NCBI GenBank assembly: GCA_040902195.1
Contig: JBBDXS010000014.1
Span: 256,457 to 320,456 of the forward strand
Origin: Dehalococcoidia bacterium
GTDB lineage: Bacteria; Chloroflexota; Dehalococcoidia; DSTF01; RBG-16-68-14
Length of the DNA stretch: 64,000 nt
Direction: 5' to 3'
Shown in pieces: positions 51,564 to 58,920 of the stretch (position 1 is its first letter; every line of letters begins with the position of its first letter). The position numbers and the translations under genes were made by a program. A model generated the notes under the pieces. That model was not told where the DNA came from and did not search any database. It saw only the letters and a list, made by a program, of their open reading frames with translations.

Positions 51564-53975
51564 ATGGATGACCACACGTTACGCGTGCTGGAGTTCGATA
51601 AGGTCCTGGCGCGGCTGGCGAAACTCACGTCGTTTGCCGTCGGGCGAGAGCTGGCCCTCGAGCTGCGGCCTTCGACCGCGCGCGATGAGGTCGTGCGGCG
51701 TCAGCGCCAGACCGCCGAGGCGCGCCGCCTGCGCGAGCGTCAGCCGCGCGCGGGCCTCGGCGGCGCGCGCGACGTGCGGACGCAGGCCGACAAGGCATCG
51801 CGCGGGGGCGTGCTCCAGACGCAAGAGCTGCTTGACGTCGCCTCGACGCTGGAGTCGGCGGGCAGCCTGCGCGCGATGGTGCAGCGCGTCCGCGACGAGC
51901 TGCCGCTCCTGAGCGAGCTGTCGAGCCAGCTCGAGCCGCTGCCGGAGCTAGTCGCGGAGATCAACCGCTCGATCGACCAGCGCGGCGAGATCACGGACGC
52001 CGCGAGCCCGAAGCTGTCTTCGCTCCGGCGCAACGTGCGCATCGCACACGGCAGGCTACACGAGAGGTTGCAGGACATCCTTCACTCGCCGCGTTATCGC
52101 GAGGCGATCCAGGAGCCGATTATCACGCTGCGCGACGGACGCTACGTCATCCCCATCAAGGCGGACCAACGGGGGAGCGTACGCGGCACTGTCCGCGACG
52201 TCTCGGCAAGCGGCGCGACGCTGTTCATGGAGCCGCTCGAGCTGGTCGATCTCGGTAACACGTGGCGCGAGCTGCAAATCGAGGAGGAGCACGAAGTCGA
52301 GCGCGTGTTGCGCGAGCTAAGCGGACTTGTCGGTGAGTCCGCGGACGCGATCCTCGATACGGTCGCCGCGCTGGGCGAGATCGATCTCGCGCTGGCGAAG
52401 GCGCGCCTCGGAGACGAGCTGGACGCTGTCGAGCTGCCGCACGCGGACGACACGCAGGCCTGGATCATCGATGCGCCGGGCGTGTTGCACCTGCTCAACG
52501 CGCGACACCCGCTGCTCACGGGCGACATCGTGCCGATCGACGTGACCGTGGCCGACGAGTACACCACGCTGCTGATCACCGGGCCCAACACGGGCGGCAA
52601 GACCGTCGCGCTCAAGACGGCCGGACTGCTCACGCTGATGGCGCAAGCCGGACTTCCCGTCGCTGCCGACAGGGGTTCGACCGTGCCCGTGTTCGAATCG
52701 ATCTACGCGGATATCGGGGACGAGCAAAGCATCGAGCAGTCGCTCTCGACGTTCAGCAGCCACATGACGCAGATCATCCGCGTCCTCGCCGCCGCGGACC
52801 GCAAGAGCCTCGTGCTGCTCGACGAGCTCGCGGCGGGTACCGACCCGATCGAGGGATCGGCGCTGGCGCAGGCGATCCTGGAGCGGCTGCTCGAGATCGG
52901 CTGCACCGTGATCGCAACGACGCACCACGGCGAGCTGAAGGCGTTCGCGCACACGACGCCCGGCATCTCGAACGCATCGGTGGAGTTCGACCCGGAAACG
53001 CTGCGCCCAACGTACCATCTCACGATCGGGCTGCCGGGACGGAGCAACGCGCTCACGATCGCCGAGCGGCTCGGCTTGCCGCACGAGCTAATCGAGCGCG
53101 CGCGCGCATCGATCGCGCCGGAGCAGGCGCAAGTCGAAGCGCTGCTGACGGACATCCGTCGTGAGCGAGACACGGCTGCGTCGGAACGCCTCGCCGAGCA
53201 GCAGGCGCGCGGCGAGGCGGAGGAGGCCCGGCAGCAGGCCGAGCAGCGCCTCGCCGAAGTAGAGGAACACCTCGATAACATCGTGGGGCGCACGACGTCG
53301 GAGCTGGAGAAGGACGCCGAGGCCGTGCGACAACTACTCGTGCAGGCGGAAGCGGACATCGAGCGCGGGCGCGTGCGCCGCGCGGCGGAGCGGCTGGCGA
53401 AGGCGCTCGAGCGGAAGAAGACATCCGAAGAACGGCGGCCGCCGCCACGCGAACGGCCGAAGAAGCTCGCGCCATCGCACGGCGGGCCGGCGCCGGAGGA
53501 GATCGAGGAGGGCGATCTCGTCTGGATCAGCGGCTACGACCGCTTCGGCGAGGCGCTCTCGAAACCGGATGAGCGCGGCGAAGTGGAGATCCACCTTGGG
53601 CCGCTGCGCGGCCGCGTGCGGCTAGACCAGGTCGAGCGTGTGCAGCGGCCGAAGCACGGGGACGAGGGTCACGGCCCAGCGGTCAAGGACGCGGCCGCGT
53701 CTTCCTTCAATCTCGCGCCGGCGGAGGAGGTGCTGCCCGAGCTGGAGGTGCGCGGCCAGACCGTCGATGAGACGCTGCCGCAAATCGACCAGTACATCGA
53801 TCGCGCGTACCGGGCCAGCTTGCCCTGGGTGCGCATCGTGCACGGCAAGGGCACCGGCACGCTGCGACGCCAGGTGCGCGACTTCGTGGCGAAGCACCCG
53901 CTCGTCCGCTCGTACGAGACGGGCAAGCGCGAAGAGGGCGGCGACGGCGTGACGGTGGTACACTTAGCCGAGTAA
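51564..53975 (+). CDS. mutS2: Endonuclease MutS2 (MutS domain V ATPase plus C-terminal Smr)
   Basis: LEFDKV..., Walker A GPNTGGKT, DELAAGTDP, TTHH, and a C-terminal Smr (VRGQTVDE...RIVHGKGTGTLR). Confidence 0.9.
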   Translation: MDDHTLRVLEFDKVLARLAKLTSFAVGRELALELRPSTARDEVVRRQRQTAEARRLRERQPRAGLGGARDVRTQADKASRGGVLQTQELLDVASTLESAGSLRAMVQRVRDELPLLSELSSQLEPLPELVAEINRSIDQRGEITDAASPKLSSLRRNVRIAHGRLHERLQDILHSPRYREAIQEPIITLRDGRYVIPIKADQRGSVRGTVRDVSASGATLFMEPLELVDLGNTWRELQIEEEHEVERVLRELSGLVGESADAILDTVAALGEIDLALAKARLGDELDAVELPHADDTQAWIIDAPGVLHLLNARHPLLTGDIVPIDVTVADEYTTLLITGPNTGGKTVALKTAGLLTLMAQAGLPVAADRGSTVPVFESIYADIGDEQSIEQSLSTFSSHMTQIIRVLAAADRKSLVLLDELAAGTDPIEGSALAQAILERLLEIGCTVIATTHHGELKAFAHTTPGISNASVEFDPETLRPTYHLTIGLPGRSNALTIAERLGLPHELIERARASIAPEQAQVEALLTDIRRERDTAASERLAEQQARGEAEEARQQAEQRLAEVEEHLDNIVGRTTSELEKDAEAVRQLLVQAEADIERGRVRRAAERLAKALERKKTSEERRPPPRERPKKLAPSHGGPAPEEIEEGDLVWISGYDRFGEALSKPDERGEVEIHLGPLRGRVRLDQVERVQRPKHGDEGHGPAVKDAAASSFNLAPAEEVLPELEVRGQTVDETLPQIDQYIDRAYRASLPWVRIVHGKGTGTLRRQVRDFVAKHPLVRSYETGKREEGGDGVTVVHLAE

Positions 53976-54043
53976 GATTACCTATCGGGGCCACACGGCC
54001 CTTCCCCACCAAGCAACGTCTATAGCGCGAGAGGAGGCGCATC

Positions 54044-54532
54044 ATGTTCGGCGACGTTTCAGAGACGCTCGATTCGATTAGGACCGGCATTGCGGAACGG
54101 CTCGGCGCGCACACCGCGTTCGGCGAGCCGGTCACGCGAGACGGCGTGACGGTGATCCCCGTCGCGAAGGTCGCGCTCGGCTTCGGCGCGGGCGGCGGCG
54201 TGGGCACCGACCGGCATAGCAGCAACGGCGACGAGCAGTCAGTCGGCGGTGGTGGCGGCGGAGGCGGCTTCGTGCAGCCGATGGGCTTCGTCGAAGTGAC
54301 GGACTCCGGCGCGCGCTGGGTGCCGCTGGAGCCCGGCCCGATGGAGATGGCGCTGCGCGCGCTCACGCTCGCGGCGATCATCCTGCCGTTCGGCGGCAAG
54401 CGCGGGCTGTTCGCGCGCATGCTGCTGATCCTCGCGGGACAGGCTGCGGTCAGCCGGCTCGCGCGGCCCGACGTGTCGTCGATGCCGGAGAGCTTCCGCT
54501 TCGGCCGGACGTTCTCCAACAAGACAGCGTAG
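54044..54532 (+). CDS. GerW/YtfJ family protein
   Basis: FGEPVTRDGVTVIPVAKVALGFGAGGG...GGGGGGG...PMGFVEV. Confidence 0.7.
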   Translation: MFGDVSETLDSIRTGIAERLGAHTAFGEPVTRDGVTVIPVAKVALGFGAGGGVGTDRHSSNGDEQSVGGGGGGGGFVQPMGFVEVTDSGARWVPLEPGPMEMALRALTLAAIILPFGGKRGLFARMLLILAGQAAVSRLARPDVSSMPESFRFGRTFSNKTA

Positions 54533-54586
54533 TACACGTGCCCAGCCATCGGGCGCGCTGCCGTTTGTTGGCAACGAGTAACCGGG

Positions 54587-54808
54587 ATGAAGACGGAAGA
54601 CGGGACGCAAGAAGCGCGACACGCGATCGTACTTGGCCGTGACGTAGTGATCGAGCCCGAACTCATGGGCGGCTATCACGCCTACTGCCCTTCTCTCCGC
54701 GGCTGCCACTCGACCGGGCGGACCATGCGCGAGGCGACGGAAAACGTCGCGGAAGCCATGACCCTCTGGCTTCAGAGCGCCCGGGATCTGGGCCTTCACC
54801 CTGCATGA
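54587..54808 (+). CDS. HicB-like (UPF0150) protein, no adjacent HicA
   Basis: GGYHAYCPSLRGCHSTGRTMREATENVAEAMTLWL. Confidence 0.55.
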   Translation: MKTEDGTQEARHAIVLGRDVVIEPELMGGYHAYCPSLRGCHSTGRTMREATENVAEAMTLWLQSARDLGLHPA

Positions 54809-54810
54809 TC

Positions 54811-54845
54811 GTTCCCTTGTTCCCTGTTCCTCGTTCTTTGTTCCT
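54811..54845 (+). repeat. Heptanucleotide tandem repeat (GTTCCCT TGTTCCC TGTTCCT CGTTCTT TGTTCCT) abutting the cofD ATG
   Basis: Five consecutive heptads end exactly at the nucleotide before ATG 54846. Confidence 0.85.
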
Positions 54846-55778
54846 ATGCTGGTAGTCCTTGCCGGCGGCGTCGGCGCGGCACGATTCCTCCGCGGCCTGA
54901 TCGATGTCGTCGATCCCGCGTCGATCACGATCATCGGCAACACGGCCGACGACGAAGAGTTCCTCGGGCTGCACGTCTCGCCCGACCTCGACACCGTCGT
55001 CTACACATTGTCCGGCGCCGTCCATCCCGAACAGGGCTGGGGCCTCGCGGACGAGACGTACACGGTGATCGAGCAGGCGGCGCGGCTCGGTGAGGAAACG
55101 TGGTTCAAGCTCGGTGATAAGGATCTCGCGACGCACTTACTGCGCACGCGATGCCTGCGCGACGGCAAGACGCTGAGCGAGGCGACGGACGCCGTCGCGC
55201 GCGCGTTCGGCCTCTCGTGCCGCCTGCTGCCGATGTCGGACGATCGCGTACGCACCGTCGTCACGACGGACGGCGGCGAGCTGTCGTTCCAGGAGTACTT
55301 CGTGAAGCGGCGCTTCCAGGACGAGGTGCGCTCCGTGCGCTTCGACGGCGTCGAGCGCGCGCGTCCCGCGCCGGGCGTGCTCGAGTCGATCGCGGAGGCG
55401 GAAGCCGTCATCGTCGCGCCTTCGAACCCCATCGTAAGCATCGGGCCGCTGCTGGCCGTGCCCGGCCTGCGCGACGCGCTGCGCGTGACGAAGGCGCCCG
55501 TCGTCGCCATCAGCCCGATCGTGGGCGGCCAGGCGATCAAAGGCCCGGCCGACAAGATGCTCGCGTCGCTCGGTTACGAGGTGAGCGCGGCGGCCATCGC
55601 GAAGCTGTACGCGGACTTCCTCGATGTGCTCGTTCTGGACGAGCAGGACGCCCCGCTTGCGGGCGAGGTCGAGTCGGCTGGCGTGCGCGCCGTCATCACG
55701 GACACGATCATGCGCGACGCGGACGTGCGGCGCGCGCTTGCGGAGACGACGCTGCGGGCTGCCCGCGAAACAACGTAG
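54846..55778 (+). CDS. cofD: 2-phospho-L-lactate transferase (F420 biosynthesis)
   Basis: VVLAGGVGAARFLRGL...GNTADD...SPDLDTVVYTL...SNPIVSIGPLL. The stop TAG lies within the REP palindrome. Confidence 0.9.
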   Translation: MLVVLAGGVGAARFLRGLIDVVDPASITIIGNTADDEEFLGLHVSPDLDTVVYTLSGAVHPEQGWGLADETYTVIEQAARLGEETWFKLGDKDLATHLLRTRCLRDGKTLSEATDAVARAFGLSCRLLPMSDDRVRTVVTTDGGELSFQEYFVKRRFQDEVRSVRFDGVERARPAPGVLESIAEAEAVIVAPSNPIVSIGPLLAVPGLRDALRVTKAPVVAISPIVGGQAIKGPADKMLASLGYEVSAAAIAKLYADFLDVLVLDEQDAPLAGEVESAGVRAVITDTIMRDADVRRALAETTLRAARETT

Positions 55779-55802
55779 GGGCGCATGGCCATGCGCCCCT
55801 AC
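55775..55802. repeat. 28-nt palindrome GTAGGGGCGCATGGCCATGCGCCCCTAC (copy 4)
   Basis: Identical to 952-979. Lies between cofD and cofC. Confidence 0.9.
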
Positions 55803-55840
55803 CCCGCACTCTTCGCGCCAGCGAGTACCATGACCGGGCA

Positions 55841-56479
55841 ATGACAACGGTAGCCCTCATCCCGGTAAAAGACCTCGATCAGGCGAAGACGCGCCTCGCG
55901 CCCGTGCTGGACGACCCCGCGCGCCGCGAGCTCGTGCTCGCGATGCTGCACGACGTTCTCGATGCCGCGCTGGGCTGCGCCGCGATCGATCGCGCCGCCG
56001 TTGTCACGCGCGATCCGCTGGTGCTCGCGCTCGCGGCCTCGCTCGGCGCGGAAGGGATGCGAGAACCCGGCGGACTGAACGAGGCGCTCGATGCCGCAGC
56101 GCGCCGCGTCGCGGAGGCTGGCGCGACGCGCATCGTCGTGATCGCGGCGGACCTGCCGTTCGCGCGCGCGGACGGCATCGCGTCGGTCGTAGCGAACGGC
56201 GCGGACGTCGCGCTCGTGCCGTCGAAGGACGGCGGGACGAACGCGCTCGCCTCCGCGCCGGGCGCCTTCGCGTTTGCGTTCGGGCCGGACAGCGCCACAC
56301 GACACGAGGCCGCTGCGCAGGCGGCCGGACTGCAGGCCGAACGTCTCGCCCTCCCCGACCTCGTCCTCGACATCGATACGCCGGAAGACCTCGATCGCCT
56401 GCGCGACGAGATCGATCGCGCGGGGGCGCACACGCGGGCCGCGCTCCAGCGGCTGGGGCTGGTCTCGGCAGCGCGCTAG
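55841..56479 (+). CDS. cofC: 2-phospho-L-lactate (or PEP) guanylyltransferase (F420 biosynthesis)
   Basis: ALIPVKDLDQAKTRL...ADLPF...PSKDGGTNAL...DIDTPEDL. Confidence 0.85.
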   Translation: MTTVALIPVKDLDQAKTRLAPVLDDPARRELVLAMLHDVLDAALGCAAIDRAAVVTRDPLVLALAASLGAEGMREPGGLNEALDAAARRVAEAGATRIVVIAADLPFARADGIASVVANGADVALVPSKDGGTNALASAPGAFAFAFGPDSATRHEAAAQAAGLQAERLALPDLVLDIDTPEDLDRLRDEIDRAGAHTRAALQRLGLVSAAR

Positions 56480-57927
56480 GGCTGCGGCGTGATCTTTAGC
56501 GCCAGCGCGTGCGGCGCCCGCCGCTCCGGCAGCGTCACGACCAGCCTATCGCCGGACTGCTCCCACCCAAGCGGCGCGTCGTGGCCGAGCAGGCGCACCT
56601 CGGCGTCCGGCGGCGCAACGAGGCCCTCGATAGCGAGTTGCGCGTTCGCAGGCTCGCCGAGGACGATTGCGTAGAGCGAGGCGTCCGTGCTCGTATAGCG
56701 AACAGGGAGGCCTTCCGCCGTCGAGCCGCTCGGGCGCGACCAGGGCTTCGTATCGTAGATCGCCTCTCCGTTCGTCGAGAGCCACGCGCCGATCTCCAGG
56801 ATGCGTTTCGTCTGCATCTCCGGAAATGCTCCCGACGCGTCGGGAGCGATGCCGAGCAGCAGGTTGCCGTTCTTGCTCACAACGTCCGCGAGCAGATGGA
56901 TGGCGTCACGGGGCGAGAGCATGTCCTCGTCACGCTCCGTACGGTTGTTGCCAAACGACAGGCCGATGCCGCGCACGGCTTCCCACTTCTTCGCCGAGAT
57001 CGACTCCATCGCGTCGTACTCCGGCGTGATGAAGTCGTGGTGAAAACGAGGACGGTTCTGCAGCTTGCGCCACGAACGCGGCAGCAGCTTCCACCCGCGG
57101 TCGACGGCGCGAATGCCGGCGCGCAGCAGCGCGCCGCGCACGCCGCCGGGGAAGCGGAACTGCGTCCAGCGGTCGTTCACGACGCCCTCCGGCACGGCGT
57201 TGTAGTAGTCCGCGAAGAGCCGTTTGATATCGGAGCGCGCCGGATACGCGATGTCGTTCCAGAGCACGGAGGGACGGTAGCGCTCGATCAGCTCCGCGAG
57301 ATGCGCGTCGGCGTAAGCGGCGTAGTCCTGCCCTTGCGGTATCGCGCCGGCGGCCGTCGCGAGATCGTGGATGCAGGTCGAGTTGAACGTCTTGTCGTAG
57401 CCGCCTGAGTAGTAGAGCCCCATCGATAGCCCGCGGGCGCGCACGGCCTCCGTCACGTCGCCGACGATGTCGCGCGGCGAGACGTAGCCCTCCTTGTGCG
57501 GGTTCGCGACGCGGCTCGGCCAGAGCACGAAGCCGTCGTGGTGCTTCGTGATCAGTACGGCGTAGCGAGCGCCTGCGCGCGCGAACAGGCCGGCCCACGC
57601 CGACGGGTCCATCTGCGCCGATAGCTCGTTGAACTGCGCGACGAAGTTGTCGTAGCTGTAGTTCGCGCCGTACGTCTCGATGTGGTGCCGCTGCGCAGCG
57701 CTGCCGCGGATGCGGATCGTGTTCTCGTACCACTCAGCGTAGGGGTTGTGCTTGAAGAGATAGCGCGGGCCCTCGTTGGCCCAGAGGCCCTGGATCACGC
57801 CGGAGCGCTCCCCCCAGGCCGGGACCGAGCACGGACCCCAGTGCACCATCAGGCCGAACTTCGCGCCGTCGAACCACGGCGGTATGGGATGCTGACGCAG
57901 GGATTCGTCCGTCGGCTCGTAGCGCAT
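56476..57927 (-). CDS. Alpha-L-fucosidase (GH29)
   Basis: WFDGAKFGLMVHWG...ITKHHDGFVLWPS...YYSGG. The upstream 107 codons of the track ORF cross a REP hairpin and are not coding. Confidence 0.85.
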   Translation of the reverse strand: MRYEPTDESLRQHPIPPWFDGAKFGLMVHWGPCSVPAWGERSGVIQGLWANEGPRYLFKHNPYAEWYENTIRIRGSAAQRHHIETYGANYSYDNFVAQFNELSAQMDPSAWAGLFARAGARYAVLITKHHDGFVLWPSRVANPHKEGYVSPRDIVGDVTEAVRARGLSMGLYYSGGYDKTFNSTCIHDLATAAGAIPQGQDYAAYADAHLAELIERYRPSVLWNDIAYPARSDIKRLFADYYNAVPEGVVNDRWTQFRFPGGVRGALLRAGIRAVDRGWKLLPRSWRKLQNRPRFHHDFITPEYDAMESISAKKWEAVRGIGLSFGNNRTERDEDMLSPRDAIHLLADVVSKNGNLLLGIAPDASGAFPEMQTKRILEIGAWLSTNGEAIYDTKPWSRPSGSTAEGLPVRYTSTDASLYAIVLGEPANAQLAIEGLVAPPDAEVRLLGHDAPLGWEQSGDRLVVTLPERRAPHALALKITPQP

Positions 57928-57967
57928 CGCGAGGATGGTAACAGAACGACGGGTAATCGATTGGGCC

Positions 57968-57993
57968 GGACAGACCTGAAGGTCTGTCCCTAC
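57968..57993 (-). repeat. GTAGGG-headed hairpin (GTAGGGACAGACC-TTCA-GGTCTGTCC on the minus strand)
   Basis: 9-bp stem with the same TGAA/TTCA loop and head as the 13278, 17678 and 40267 hairpins, but an unrelated stem sequence. Confidence 0.8.
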
Positions 57994-58015
57994 GGAGCTG
58001 TTGCCAATAGAAGTG

Positions 58016-58813
58016 TTAGCTGCCGAGGAGCAGATCGACGGCGTTGCGGAGCTTGCTACTGTCGGCCTGGTAGAGCTCCGAGTAACGGCACTTGCGGCAG
58101 ACGACGGCCGAAAAGCGCCGGTTCTGGAAGTTGAAAAGCCGCGAGAGCATCCCGCTCGCGGTCGAGACGTCGAGCACGTCGTAGTCGGCGTTCCCGCACT
58201 TCGCGCATGTGTAGCTCCCGGCCGCAGCCTTACCGCGAGGCCCCACACCCACGATCGGCGCGCCGATGGGCGGCAGGACTTTCGATTCGGGCCGGTCGAG
58301 CTTCTTGCCGGTGATCTCGGCGATCGCGTCGGCGAGGTCCCACGTCGGCGGGTTATCGAGAGCGGCTCCGTTGCGGTGCGCGTAGCGGAGCGCGCCGGCG
58401 GGATCGATGACGAAGCTGCCCGGCAGCTCCGGCGTGACGTCGAACGCCTTGTATGCGGCGGAGGACGGATCGGAGAGCAGCGGGTAGGTCAGGTTCCAGC
58501 GCTCGCGGAACGCCTCCATATCGTACGGCCGGGCGTTGCTGATGCCAACGATCGCGCCGCCCGCCTTCTCTACCGGCGCGCCGCCGTCGCGCCACTGGAC
58601 CGCCACCTCAATCGCGAACGGCGTGTCGAGCGCGTGGAGAAACACGAGGGCCAGCGGCCGCTCCCCCCAGAAAGACGAGAGCGTCGCCTTCTTGCGCGGC
58701 CCCGCCCGCAGCTCGAAGTCCGGGACGGTGTCACCAATGTGGAGCTTGGGCTCCCGCTCCGGTGCAGGCTCCGGCGCCTCGTTTTCGCTGGGCTCAAAGG
58801 CTTCAGAAGTCAT
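58016..58813 (-). CDS. Cys-less peroxiredoxin-like (redoxin) domain fused to a C-terminal Zn-ribbon (DUF2082-like) domain
   Basis: VPDFEL...LALVFLHALDTPFAIE has Ala in the peroxidatic Cys position. The C-terminus is YTCAKCG...LSRLFNFQNRRFSAVVCRKCRYSELY. Confidence 0.65.
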   Translation of the reverse strand: MTSEAFEPSENEAPEPAPEREPKLHIGDTVPDFELRAGPRKKATLSSFWGERPLALVFLHALDTPFAIEVAVQWRDGGAPVEKAGGAIVGISNARPYDMEAFRERWNLTYPLLSDPSSAAYKAFDVTPELPGSFVIDPAGALRYAHRNGAALDNPPTWDLADAIAEITGKKLDRPESKVLPPIGAPIVGVGPRGKAAAGSYTCAKCGNADYDVLDVSTASGMLSRLFNFQNRRFSAVVCRKCRYSELYQADSSKLRNAVDLLLGS

Positions 58814-58920
58814 GGCAAACCCCCATGTAAGGATCGGCAGATACAGGGCTCTCCTTCACCCGGGGCCCCTCGCCCCTAGATTCCAGCGATCGGTTGTCGA
58901 ATCGCTACAATACACTCACG

